DNA of 64,000 nt from Eledone cirrhosa (Eukaryota): positions 30,070,001 through 30,134,000 of the forward strand of contig OZ024746.1 of assembly GCA_964016885.1 (NCBI GenBank). The letters are read 5' to 3'. A program made the translations under genes and the position numbers. The notes under the pieces were generated by a model. The model did not search any database, was not told the DNA's origin, and saw only the letters and a program-made list of their open reading frames with translations. Below, piece after piece: positions 41,311-54,615 of this stretch. Position 1 is the first letter of the stretch. Every line of letters begins with the position of its first letter.

Positions 41311-41914
41311 TCCTGGAGTTTAATTATTGCAAACGACTGAGAGTTTATTCTCAAAATATAATATAATGTATAGCTCCTTTATTGTAGAGCTGATCCTTAA
41401 TCCTGCATAAGCGGCTGTTATTTCTAGCACCGTGAATGCTGGATAGCTAGTTTTGGCCTGCCTACACACGTGTAGTCAGACCTGCAAAATTTTTGATGTG
41501 AGATATACTAATTTTACTGGATTCCTGTTGATAAGCACAGAAGATTTGGATATTTTACTCTTTTATTTCTATTCCATTTCGATTCTCTTTATTTTTCAAT
41601 TCACATTCCACCGTTGCGAAACTTATTTAGGTTTCAAGGTTCAAATTCGTCTACAGAACAGGTTTGAATTTTGAAATTTAAATCTGTCCAGGAATCATGG
41701 CCGTTGCCAATATAAGCTTGTCTTTATTGACTTATATCGATACAGACAAATTGTATTCACTTTAATTAGTTCATTTCATTAATAGCTAACTTTGTCTGTT
41801 GCAATATAAACATTTCGTGTTTATCATATATTTTAAATGTATTTAACTGCTCGGAAGAGCCCCTTCCTGGAGCTTAATTATTGTAAACGACTGAGAGTTT
41901 ATTCTCAAAATATA
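41311..41914. mobile_element. Element with about 50-bp terminal direct repeats. A homologue in the opposite orientation lies at 44621-45168
   Basis: 41311-41360 is repeated at 41865-41914. cggctgttatttctagc (about 41412) is the reverse complement of gctagaaataacagccg (about 45026). 44621-44692 is repeated at 45097-45168. Confidence 0.75.
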
Positions 41915-41982
41915 ATATAATATATATATATATATATATATACGATATTAACAAATGGAAACTATATTTATAAAACCATATT

Positions 41983-42047
41983 TATTTTATTATACATATT
42001 TCAAAGATACCATGTTAAATTATGGTATGCCTTCATCAGACAAAATA
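41983..42047 (-). ncRNA. Type-I hammerhead ribozyme (family E, left arm of the inverted repeat 41941-42041 / 42291-42391)
   Basis: Minus strand reads tattttgt CTGATGA aggc-ataccat aatttaac atggtat-cttt GAAA tatgtata ataaaata, with an 8-bp stem I. Confidence 0.8.
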
Positions 42048-42286
42048 CAATATATACCAGTTTTATAAATAAACATTGACGTACCCTTTCAAAATGCAAC
42101 CGTTACTTTTGGAAGACATCAGGGTAGTAGATTTGTTCATTTTAGTAAGTCGTTGAGTTAAGGAGAAGGAAAGAGACGGAGAGAGAGAAAAACCGAGAGA
42201 GAGAAAAGTGGAGAAAGAAAATGGAGAGATAAATAAAGAAAAAGAAGAAAGAAAAAAAGAAAAAAAGAAAACAGAGAAAAACAACA

Positions 42287-42349
42287 GTATGTCTGATGAA
42301 GGCATACCATAATTTAACATGGTATCCTTGAAATATGTATAATAAAATA
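42287..42349 (+). ncRNA. Type-I hammerhead ribozyme (family E, right arm)
   Basis: CTGATGA aggcataccataatttaacatggtatcctt GAAA tatgtata ataaaata. The 5' strand of stem I is truncated. Confidence 0.7.
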
Positions 42350-42469
42350 AATATGGTTTTATAAATATAGTTTCAATTTGTTAATATCGTATATTTACTC
42401 CAAATACTTGCTTTATATCAGTTATAAAAATATTTGCTTGTTGTATCCCAACAATTTAAATAGAATTTT

Positions 42470-42582
<113 letters not shown>

Positions 42583-42733
42583 ACACGGGTGTGTATGATT
42601 GTGTATAGAAGATTATATTAATAAGAGGAATTCCAACTTTGTCTGATTTACTCGTTTTATTTACAATCCTTTAAAATTTATAATGGTATTATAACGAAAT
42701 AGTATGATAGAATATTAAATGTTAAGTGTTAAT

Positions 42734-42772
42734 TGAACAAGTACTTTCATGCTTTCGCAATCTTCAGGTTCA
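42734..42772 (-). ncRNA. Minimal type-I hammerhead ribozyme (family D, element 42582-42806)
   Basis: Minus strand reads tgaac CTGAAGA t-tgc gaaa gca-t GAAA gtactt gttca. Stem I tgaac/gttca, GAAA tetraloop, palindromic AGTACT. Confidence 0.85.
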
Positions 42773-42817
42773 TAATGTGTGGTGACAGTCAAGTTTGCAA
42801 TTTTCATATACATACAC

Positions 42818-42991
<174 letters not shown>

Positions 42992-43052
42992 TATACATAT
43001 GTATATACATATATATGTATATATTGAAATATTCAGTTACCTTATATTTATA

Positions 43053-43122
<70 letters not shown>

Positions 43123-43126
<4 letters not shown>

Positions 43127-43522
43127 TAAGAGGAATTCCAACTTTGTCTGATTTACTCGTTTTATTTACAATCCTTTAACATATTTATAATGGTATTATA
43201 ATGAAATAGTATGATAGAATATTAAATTCTAAGTGTTAATTGAACAAGTACTTTCATGCTTTCGCAATCTTCAGGTTCATGATATGTGGTGACAGTCGAT
43301 TTTGCAATTTTCAACTGACAGTTGAAAATTGCAAACTCGACTGTCACCACATATCATGAACACATTCAATTAACACTTAGAATTTAATATTCTATCATAC
43401 TATTTCATTATAATACCATTATATATATTTTAAAGGATTGTAAATAAAACGAGTAAATCAGACAAAGTTGGAATTTCTCTTATTAATATAATCTTCTATA
43501 CACAATCATACCCACCCGTGTA
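43123..43522. mobile_element. Family D palindromic element (axis at 43318) in microsatellite
   Basis: The arms mirror around tcaactg-a-cagttga. The right arm lacks the HHR core and carries a tail of about 35 bp. Confidence 0.9.
43241..43279 (-). ncRNA. Minimal type-I hammerhead ribozyme (family D)
   Basis: Same sequence as 42734-42772. Confidence 0.85.
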
Positions 43523-43542
43523 TATTTACCTATCTATATCTA

Positions 43543-43609
<67 letters not shown>

Positions 43610-44009
43610 TACTACATCAATCCATTATTTTATCGAACGCCAAGTATCAAAAAATAAACTCGACCATGGTAAAATTTGTTGCTATATTTTTCAAATACTG
43701 TTGTCTCGCTTACGTAGGCCCAATATCTGAAATCTGGACAGGTGAACAGATTACAATTATACTTCGTGGAAATATATTTTATGTAACCTACAGGTTATAG
43801 ATCAAAACATATAGTGCTGATAATAAACACTGAAATATGTTTTAGCGTGACACTAAAATAGAACATGCTTCATGTTTGACAATGGCTGTTCTTGTAACCC
43901 GATCTGCTGAGAAATTAACATACAACTAGATAAGCATTTCACAGATACATATACTCACTTATATTCAACAAGATACGTCAGGCCTGTGAATTATATCTAA
44001 AAATCCATG

Positions 44010-44136
<127 letters not shown>

Positions 44137-44270
44137 TTATTTCGGGTTGAAACAGAATGTATATATATATATATGTTTTTTCTCTTCAAAAACCTTGTTT
44201 GTAAATAACATTATTCTTTCTGCACCTTCTCTTTAACATGTGTGACACCACACTAATATAATACATTTCA

Positions 44271-44312
44271 CTATTATTTGATAATGCATAAAAATGCTGA
44301 AACCGGTAATAG
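44271..44312 (+). ncRNA. Decayed hammerhead motif
   Basis: tat TTGATAA t-gcat aaaa atgc-t GAAA ccggta ata. Two transitions from CTGATGA, with palindromic ACCGGT. Confidence 0.5.
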
Positions 44313-44503
44313 ACAATTATTACATATATAAATAGATAAATAAATGCCATTGTTAAATAATAAATAAATCAACTAATACCTTAACCCTTCACACAAAGTA
44401 AAACATTTCGTTTTAATCATTTTCTAACCCAGAAAAAAGAGAGAGAGAAACAAAAAGGAAAAAAAAATATTTTTCTTCCTAATAATCGTCTCTTTCTCCC
44501 TGT

Positions 44504-44625
<122 letters not shown>

Positions 44626-45304
44626 ATAAACTCAAACAGTCTTTTACAATTAAATAGCTCAAAGAAAGACATATTTCTGAGCCGTGAAATACAAATTAAT
44701 ATATGATAAACACTAATACAATTATATAAGTGTTTGTATTGCAAATGACCAACTTAGTTAGATTGAAAAATACTAATTAAATTAATACAGTTTGCCTGTC
44801 TCGATTTTAAACAATAAATCAATAAAAACAAACCCATATTGGCAATAGTACCTGAACAAATTTGAATTTCATAACTCAAATCCGTTTCGCAACAATAAGT
44901 GAAAATTCCATTTCTGTGCTCATCTGCAGGTATCCAGAAATTGGTATGTGTCACCTCAAAATACTTAGGAGGACTGAGAGAACGCACATGGTGTCCCAGT
45001 GCCTAGCCAGTCCTATACTCGTGCCGCTAGAAATAACAGCCGTTTATATGGGACTAAAATTTAGCTCAACAAATGGAGCCGTTAATACTATATATAGAGT
45101 TATAAACTCAAACAGTCTTTTACAATTAAATAGCTCAAAAAAAGAGATATTTCTGAGCCGTGAAATACGCTGATAACGTTGGTAGAATTCAATGTGTCCT
45201 TGGAAAGGTGGTTGCAGGGAAATTAGTTGGTGTGACCAGTAGTATTATTAGCAGGTGACCACCGAGGTTTCCTCGAAAAAGATCCGTCCATGTTACTGAA
45301 TCAT

Positions 45305-45562
45305 TTATATATGTTTTGATGTATAGAAGAATGAAAGCAAGACATAAGTCAGAGGTAGGTAGTTAATTAGTTCATTGTTTTACGACCGTTAGGTTACTAC
45401 TTATTTCTAATCTCGAAATTCCTGTTCGATCGACCGTCTTCTTCAGAAATCGCTGTTTTTCTACCATCAATCGTCCCTCTGAAATGATCGTAAAACATTG
45501 AACTAATTAACTATATACCTCTGATTTCTGTTTTGTCTTCATTGCTCTATGCACAAACATAT
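45305..45562. mobile_element. Old inverted-arm element
   Basis: tcagaggtaggtagttaattagttcattgttttacga is mirrored by tcgtaaaacattgaactaattaactatatacctctga. The spacer holds a minus-strand CTGAAGA...GAAA remnant. Confidence 0.65.
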
Positions 45563-45596
45563 ACACACACACATATACACATATACATGTGTGTGC

Positions 45597-45641
<45 letters not shown>

Positions 45642-45660
45642 TGAGAGAGAGTGTGTGTGC

Positions 45661-45767
<107 letters not shown>

Positions 45768-45771
45768 TGCA

Positions 45772-46070
45772 GGCGCCTGGCTTAGTGGTTAGTGAGTTAG
45801 ATTCAGAATATAAGGTTGTGAGTTCGATTCCCGGAGCGGCCGCTACATTGTATCCTTAAGCAAAACACTTTATTTCACGTGGCTCCAGTTCCTTCAGCTG
45901 TAGAAATATGTTGTGACGTCATTGGTGTCTCACCGTACCAGCTTTTGCCTTTCCATGGGACAATATCGGTGGCGTGCTGGTATCTCTGCGGGACTTTCAT
46001 AGAAACGCCTTATCCGGGTTTGTGATTCTAAGGGGAAATGTTAGGTGCAAAACCCATGGTCATTCATCTT
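45772..46070 (+). mobile_element. tRNA-derived SINE with a V-SINE-like core
   Basis: A box tggcttagtgg, B box gttcgattc, then ttgtatccttaagcaaaacacttta..tcac.tggctcc. Confidence 0.75.
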
Positions 46071-46162
46071 TACACTTTATATCAACTGCTTCATTCGTAA
46101 GAAATGAACAGGAAAAACTGGGGATTTCTTACGAATGAGACAGTTCTAGTCCTGTAGATATC

Positions 46163-46277
<115 letters not shown>

Positions 46278-46342
46278 TCTCACACACTCACTCTCTCTCT
46301 CTCTTGTTCTTGAATATGTCACTATCTATAAAACAACTTTTG

Positions 46343-46405
46343 TATTCTATCTGATGAGAGCGTACCAAAAAATTTCGGTACCTTTGAAATATATATAATA
46401 AAATA
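46343..46405 (+). ncRNA. Type-I hammerhead ribozyme (family E variant)
   Basis: tattctat CTGATGA gagc-gtacc aaaaaatttc ggtac-cttt GAAA tatatata ataaaata. The downstream sequence is shared with about 42350-42390. Confidence 0.75.
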
Positions 46406-46446
46406 AATATGGTTTTATAAAGATAGTTTCCATTTATTAATATTAT

Positions 46447-46502
<56 letters not shown>

Positions 46503-46505
<3 letters not shown>

Positions 46506-46666
46506 AACAAGTAGGACTCCGACGGCTGAGCTCAAGCCGTTTCGGCGGCTAACTCTGGACACCTGTCGGGGTCCTACTTGTTCCTATTACCCACTCTACT
46601 ACCCTAAGTATTGAGTACTTTGGTGCGTTATGGTCCATCTGGTTCCTTACCACATTTCCTTTGTTA
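46503..46666 (+). mobile_element. Family B fold-back element
   Basis: Inverted arm taggaacaagtaggactccgac, direct arm gtcggggtcctacttgttccta and the tail, with (TA)n on both sides. Confidence 0.85.
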
Positions 46667-47246
46667 TATATATATATATATATATATATATACCGAAAAA
46701 AAAAAATACTATTTGGATGGCCGTTGACTCTGCTTAGTTCCTCCGCCCTTTTGCCGGGTTTTGTATTTCATCTCGCAGAGTGTCCAAATATCATCCTCCT
46801 CACCAAGCAGGCTTGGTGGGGTTGCTGGTTTAATCGCCGACGGCCCGACCATGGGTGCTACTGGGTTACATGTTACCAGTAGCACTCAAGAGCGACTTGT
46901 GATTATATATATTTATATATTAGTATGTGTGTGAAGAGAGAGACGGAGAGAAGGGACGTGTTACATGGTTGCAGATTAATTAATGGTTAAATGTTGTAGG
47001 GCTCGGTGTTGATATGGTGAGAGTTGGGTGTATTTTAGTTTTACATTGTTTTGCATGGTATGCATCTGATGAGCAAGGCTGCATATACTTTTATGGAATC
47101 TATGTACCTGAGTTCCTGGATTAGCGTTATGCTAAGTCAATTTGTTTGTGGCTGGATATTTAACTCACACACACACATATACACACACATATAGGTATAT
47201 GTATGTATATATGTATATATACATATTTATATATATATATATACAT

Positions 47247-47301
<55 letters not shown>

Positions 47302-48013
47302 TATGTGTTTATATATGTACGTATACATAATTCTATATATAATTTTATATATATATATTCTGGATGATTTAGATTATTTTACATGAATAACATATAAGCT
47401 AATTATAAGATTAAGCGTATACACATACACACACATGCGTGCATGTTAAAATGAATCTATACATATGTAAATTCGTGGATACACACATACATTCATGTAT
47501 AAGAGAACATTGATTAAACGGTCTTACCATACATTCGCCATAAAAGAGATCTTTACTACGTCTTCTTAATCCTATATAAATTCAATAGACCCCATTATGG
47601 AAACACTTAAATACAACAAATTGCTGTGAGCTTAAAAACGAAACATTATATTATAAGAAGATAATATAGTGTAGCTCTCTAAAATGCACAGTAATAATTT
47701 AACATTGGAGTATGTTATTGGTAAATAATTCAGATACGCTCACACAAACGCACACACGCACGACACACACACCACACACATACACATACACACACATACA
47801 CACAAATACACACACACACAAATTCACGTGAACACAAGCAATCGTGGTAGAATTCTATGGGGGTTTGTCGTGATTTTAATGACATGTATAGAAATAGACA
47901 CCCACCACACACATATTTACACACGTTGTTGCAGTCTCGGTTACACAATCTGTATTTCTGTATTTATACAAATATAACTTTATCATATACACTTCGATTG
48001 CTGGGACACAACT

Positions 48014-48070
<57 letters not shown>

Positions 48071-48072
<2 letters not shown>

Positions 48073-48469
48073 AAATAGGATTTTGCTTCAAGCATAGCTT
48101 TATACAATATGTTTAAATATTTCGTATCTCCAAAGAAATACAGTTTTAGGAAGCCGTGGCTATGCAAACACCGGGGGAGGGGGGCTAACGCCCTCTGGTG
48201 ATGTCCAACTTATGCAGCTTCATATGCAAATGAGATTAAACACCTCATTAACACAGACGAGAAAAGTATATATTCTCAGCTGTCTTCTAGTCCAGCAGTC
48301 GCAAGCGGTGGGAGGGACCGTCCTGACGAAGGCCAGTTAAGCCTGAATTACATAGACGGTTGTCCCCCTTGCTTCTGCTAGACATCACCAGAGGGCGTTA
48401 GCCCTCCGGAGTTTGCATAGCTACGGCTTCCTAAAACTGTATTTCTTTGGAGATACGAAATATTTATAC

Positions 48470-48472
<3 letters not shown>
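48071..48472. mobile_element. (TA)n-embedded element with about 90-bp inverted arms (48115-48207 / 48381-48466) enclosing an HHR
   Basis: taaatatttcgtatctccaaagaaatacagttttaggaagccgt...gggctaacgccctctggtgatgtc is mirrored on the right side. Confidence 0.85.
48317..48360 (+). ncRNA. Type-I hammerhead ribozyme with a substituted GAAA box
   Basis: accgtc CTGACGA aggc cagttaa gcct GAAT tacata gacggt. Stem I (6 bp) and stem II (4 bp) are perfect, but A15.1 is T. Confidence 0.7.
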
Positions 48473-48508
<36 letters not shown>

Positions 48509-48698
48509 ACCAATAAACCGCTTCCAAGGTAACTCTATCTCTGGTTTTCTTTTTACGCATTTTTTATGTTCTATGCGTCTCTTTCTGCGCCTCTTCCTAG
48601 TTCTCTCTCTCTCCTCTTACTACCACCTGATTGTGTTACCCGGAGATTTACCCATCTGCATTACAGAGGCTCCCAAACCGACTATATATATATATATA

Positions 48699-49032
48699 TT
48701 AATAAAAGTAATTCCAACTTTGTCTGATTTACTCGTTTTATTTACAATCCTTTAAAATTTATAATGGTATTAGAATGAAATAGTATGGTAGATATTAAAT
48801 GTTAAGTATTAATTGAACAAGTACTTTCATCCTTTCGTAATCTTCATGTTCATATTCTGTGGTGACAGTCAAGTCTGCAATTTTCAACTATTGAAAATTG
48901 CAAACTTGACTGTCACCACAGAATATGAACCTAAATTTTAAAGGATTGTAAATAAAACGAGTAAATCACACAAAGGTGGAATTCCTTTTATTAATATAAT
49001 CTTCTATAAACAATCATACACACCTGTGTATA
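48699..49032. mobile_element. Family D palindromic element (axis at about 48889)
   Basis: The left arm matches 43123-43317 with a mutated HHR core (cttcat instead of cttcag). The right arm jumps from gaacct to aaattttaaagg and ends in the same tail. Confidence 0.85.
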
Positions 49033-49097
<65 letters not shown>

Positions 49098-49411
49098 GTG
49101 TAAAATCTGTGCGCATCAACGCAAATATCCATAATGTAAGACGATCACTATAAATTATAATTAGAAATATCAAGTAAAGTAATCCAATTCACGGACAAAT
49201 ATGGGCAGGGCTGGTTTAGTGCACATTCTTCTGTCAACAGGTGTACTTTATCTCATTTCCTGACTTATATTGATCGATTCTTATCATGGTTTGGTGATGC
49301 TCACTTTTCAATTTCCCCCGTGCATATATACTTACGTTCGGGTTTCCGTATGTAATCAACCGTTCTAGTCCTATAGAAGTCATGTGTGTGCGCACCTGTT
49401 TGTGTGCGTGT

Positions 49412-49521
<110 letters not shown>

Positions 49522-51369
49522 GTGTGTGTGCACTCGTAGATTAAATTGGCACCGGAACAATGAAAAAGAAACTTAAATCTCAGAGGGATTGGAAGATTGG
49601 TGTAAATGATAGAAACTAAAAACTAAAAGGTATTTTGTCTCTTGCTCTAAAAATATTGTCAATAAGCATCTCTTCTGACTACAACAAATATTATTGCAAA
49701 AAATATCAACGCCCTATAACTATGTGTGTTTGTGTGTGTTTGTATATATTTAAGATTTTCACTAACATACAAAGACATTGTATTTCCCAGCACAGTTACG
49801 TTGCAAAAAGACATTGTATTTCCCAGTCACATGTACTGATATTTTGAACATCCATGTACTTATATCTGAAAAATGTATTAGATGGCTGGCTCTTCATTCC
49901 CTTAATTGATATTATGAGAAGTCCAATGCCACGTAATTTCAAACACACCAAAGACATATTTTCACAAAGCTTCTCACTAAAGTATTGAGGTTGCATTTTG
50001 TGTGTTCAAGATTTAAGAATGCAGAAACGTATGTCATGCCAAATAACCTCTACACATACATGCCTATATACTTAATAGAGTAACATGTTTAAATTTAATT
50101 AGTAACGAATAGCTTTTGGATATATTTATATTAGATTCCCTCTGAAAGAATGTTGACAATATTTCTATAGAATGGAAACTAATTAAAATCATTAAATTTT
50201 GATTGGTCACTTCATCCGTATACAATTTGTAAAGTCGAGAGATAGGTAGAAAGAGAGACAGGCAGGCTGTGTTGGAGATGGCACCACTACCTTTTCGCAC
50301 CAACAATTAGGTTTGACAATTAAAAGTCATGAGACAAACATGTCAAGGAATTTAAAGTAGGAATTGAAGATGAAATTTTGCAGTTTTTGCGTGAGAGCAC
50401 AGCGCAGATTATTCTGTCATTTGAGAGGAAGTGAAGCAAATATGAAAAGTTCAGTTTAATATATGCACGTTTAAATCAAATATTGTTATTCTAATAAACA
50501 GTCAGTCTATGTGAGTCTAACTTTCATAAAATTGTTTCTATAAATTCCCCAGCTAATATTTCATATAAAAACGTCTTCGAAGTGACAAATGTTAATTTAA
50601 TATCATGATGTGTTTAACGTGAATCTGTAAGTCAGTTGGGAAGATGTTCATGCCAACAAATATGAAATGGCGCAGATGAAGCATAACTGAATGGTTAGGC
50701 CGTTCATTTAGTTATCACACGGTGATGGGTTTGATCTTACTACATGGAAGCTGGGCCAAGTGTCATTTGTCATTTATCATAACCTCTCGTCGCTATATAC
50801 ATTATAAGTGAAACTGGGTTTTACGTTCAGTGTTTTCGTGTCTCCGGTGTACTCAGCAACTTAAACTACAATACAAATACACTGTACCTGTAATCCAAAT
50901 GATCTACCTAGTCGCACACTGTTACGTTGAAATTCTCTGACAGTTATGTTCAGGATACACGTGTCTGTGATGTGCTCATCTACATACCAGGTAATTCTAT
51001 CAATATACTGTTCCACTGATTGAACAGCTGGGCCCCTCATCGCCCAAACCTGTCATTCTATTCCACACGGACTATTAGGATAGTATATATATATTTACAA
51101 ACACGCAACCCCTCTGTGTACAATTTGTAGATGTAATTCCAGCAGGCTCGTTCGCTAAAGATAATAAAGGCATTTCACTTAGCGCACTCAATAGTCCAAA
51201 ATAGAGCCAGATTGCTGGCCGTGTGGCTATAGGAGTTATATATGATAGTTGTTATCATATGGCAACTTGATCTTCTCTTCCGTTCAATACCTAACACCTT
51301 CACTACAAGCCATTTTATAAGCTATCTTTATATCAATTCTGCACTTTCTTTATACTAATATATATATTA

Positions 51370-52705
51370 GAAAGTGAGGTTTTTTTACAAAATGAAAAAT
51401 AACCGAGGTGTCCTACACGAGTGTAATAAAAAAAAGATGAAATCGAAAATGCAATTGGAGTCTTATTTTTTAAAAAATAAGACTCCAAATATAAACCAAA
51501 TAAATATATTTATTTGGTTCCTTTACCGGTTTCGCAGTTCTTCTGCTTTTCAAAAGTAGGGTTGAGATGGAGGGTCTGTGGTTTTTCTCACATCTGGTTG
51601 GTCTTTGAATGTTACTTGTTTTATATGGAAAAAAGTGGCTCGAAACGCCAGGTTTTTAGAGAAGTAATTTGATTGGTTGGTCAATAAGTATGATAAATTT
51701 CGCGCCAGTTCGCGTTACAAAGTTCTTCAAACAGGGGGGGGGGGGGGGGGCTCAGATTGTTTTTTCTTATATGAGTGTTAGAATTTCTTTTTACTTAAAA
51801 AAAAGGGGGCTCACGAAGGCTTTTTTTTTAAAATGTAATTTGATTGGTTATAAATGAAATTATTATATAGATAAGTATACAAGTTCATTAAATTTCGCGC
51901 ACGTATTTGGGAATTTATTTTGTAGCATTTTAGAGAATTTTATGACAATGAAAAAAGTGGCTCACGAAGCCTTTTTTTTTTTTAAATGTAATTTGATTGG
52001 TTATGAATGAAATTACGCTGTCACGTGAACAAGTTCATTAAATTTTCGCGCCCGTATTTGGGAATTTATTTTGTAGCCTTTTAGAGAATTTTATGACAAG
52101 CAAAAGGATGGTCAAGAGAAATGGGATGGGAGAATTGTTCTGGTTCAGTGAATATGGCTAGTTCGCTGGGGTGTCAGAGTTCAGATTTTCTATTGAAATA
52201 AATAAAGTAGACATATGTATGTTTATTTTTGTGTTTGTGTGTGTGTATAGGAAGATGATTCTATTAGTAGAAATGGGGGAAGGAGTTGTGTGTGTGTGGG
52301 GGGGGGGGGTTATGTGTGAGTGTATGGGTGTTATGTGTGTGTGGGAGTATGGTTAGCATGTTAAGATGAAGAGAATATATATTTTGTGTGTGTCTGTGTG
52401 TAGGAAAATGATTCCGTTAGTAGGAATATTTTTGAATGAACATATTGTCCTTACTTATTCGTATTTGTTCTGTTGCATTGTTAGCGCAAACTTATGTTAA
52501 GGTTTATATTTTCTAAAGTAGAAGGTGTTATGTGTGTGTATATGTGTCTGTTTGGATGGTTAGCATGTTATGGTGTTCACATAATGTATATTAAACCATA
52601 TTTAATGCTGGTCAATATTTTTGAATAGAAACCGGTAAAGAAACCAAATAAATTTTTTTTTTTTTTTTAAATAAGACTCCAATTGCATTTTCGACTTAAT
52701 CTTTT

Positions 52706-52706
<1 letters not shown>
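51370..52706. mobile_element. About 1.3-kb microsatellite-flanked element with terminal inverted repeats, internal direct repeats and a decayed HHR
   Basis: 51428-51532 is mirrored at 52627-52706. Internal duplications at about 51800-51947 / 51953-52099. Minus strand 51521-51556 reads ctt TTGAAAA gcag aagaa ctgc GAAA ccggta aag. Confidence 0.7.
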
Positions 52707-52788
<82 letters not shown>

Positions 52789-52792
<4 letters not shown>

Positions 52793-53070
52793 GAAAACGA
52801 AAAATCAGTGATGCATCTGAACTCAATTTATTGTGAGAGAATATGCTCCGAAATAATTAGACGTGTCCGTCGAACCTGCGGGTCCAGAATCAGATAGATC
52901 CACACAATGATCACGTCTCGAGCTGTCCGCCGGCGAAACAATTGTAACACAATAAATTGAGTTGAGATCATCACTGATTTTTCGTTTTCTATGATATCAT
53001 ACGCTGCTCTGTAAGAGCATAGAGTGCTCAACTGGCATACCGCCTATGGAAGCATTTTAGCTACCATCAG

Positions 53071-53072
<2 letters not shown>
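52789..53072 (+). mobile_element. Inverted-arm element with a decayed long-stem-II HHR (52863-52950)
   Basis: Inverted repeat at about 52789-52834 / 52948-52992. The motif reads gtgt CCGTCGA acctgcgg...ccgccggc GAAA caattgta acac. The tail is shared with about 15990-16020. Confidence 0.7.
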
Positions 53073-53107
<35 letters not shown>

Positions 53108-53866
53108 AAGGGGAGGGTCATATTTGCGTAATATTGCCAGAATTAATAACAGAACACACTCACTGTTTGGTTGGTTTTCGCTTCTCGCTGTCTTTTATAT
53201 ATATCGCCAATATATATATAAAGTGATAGAGAAATTAAAGCATACATACATATTTTTTCAGTAAAAGTTGATACATTTATAATAAATTGATAACAAGAGA
53301 ATTGGAAGTAGTTTGGTGAGAGAGAAAGAATATAGTTCAGTAATGAATTACTAAGGAAGACTCGTAAAAAAATAGAAGCTTGGTAGAATGAGGGAAGGAA
53401 ATAACAAAAGAAGGAAGAGAGGGTCTGATAGAATTTCTATGGTGTTTTGTTCGCTGTAAAATCATAAATTTTTCCTAATTTAAATATTCGAAGGTCATAT
53501 TTCTAATTTTGATTGTTATGGCATTTAATAAAAAGAAACAATACCAATAAATTCTTGTACTCTGAGGAAACAACGAGGGAAAGAATAATCATGAATTGTG
53601 CTTTATTTGACAATTCCATTTTGCAGACCGGCTTTGTCTTGCAAGATTGCTAACAATAGAGGTTTATTATAGTTATTTTATTTTTGTGTGCTCTGGAAAT
53701 ATTACATTTTAAAGTGAGAAAGAAAAATAGATAGACACAGAGAAAGAGAGAAAATATTTGCAGATAGATCATATGAAGAAGCAAAAATATTTGAGACTCT
53801 ATATAACATTTTATCGGAAGTCAAATTTCAACTATATGTGCAGTATCTCCGTTGTCCAATGGTGGC

Positions 53867-53900
<34 letters not shown>

Positions 53901-53960
53901 GCTATATGTGTACCTTCTATATGGGAGCTACAACGTCGATTGATACCCAATATATATATA

Positions 53961-54048
<88 letters not shown>

Positions 54049-54243
54049 CTATTGTTATACTTGGGGAGGGTCATATTGTTGTAATAATATTACCAGAAAT
54101 AATAACAGAGCACACTCACTGATTGGTTGGTTTTTTCGCTTCAGTATCTTTTATATCTCCATAGTTAATTCATTTCGCAATCAATGTTTACCATTGATTC
54201 ACCAACGCTCAAAAATACAGATATAATTACATATATATAGTCT

Positions 54244-54286
54244 AACAAAGTTCTTTCGTTGCACATCTGCAACATCATCAGTAGTA
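54244..54286 (-). ncRNA. Hammerhead motif homologous to 449-492
   Basis: Minus strand reads tacta CTGATGA tgttgcagatgtgcaac GAAA gaactt tgtt. Stem I is weak. Confidence 0.55.
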
Positions 54287-54584
54287 CTATTGTTTCCTCC
54301 TGTTGAATTGTATGCCTACGCCATTTATAATAATATCTGTTTCGAAACACGATTTCATTTCAAAAACCTCGCAAAAAAATTATATGTATGTACAGATCAG
54401 AGCAAACATCACGGACGCTCTATCTCAAAATTATTTTTGAAAAGCATTTAGAAATGCGCAACCGGTAAAACTTAAAACCAAAACTGATTACTAACCAATA
54501 CAATTACTAATTCTCATTTATTCCTAATTAAACTCTTTTTCACTGTGAACAATTTGTCAGTATTTTCTATTCTGTTTACCAATA

Positions 54585-54615
<31 letters not shown>

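Noticed and set aside
41700-41790. Minus-strand AYIGN as a GIY-YIG motif
   Set aside because: No open frame or first motif half. It lies inside a non-coding repeat homologous to 44621-45168.
47065-47165. CTGATGA as a hammerhead
   Set aside because: No downstream GAAA box or stem I partner was found.
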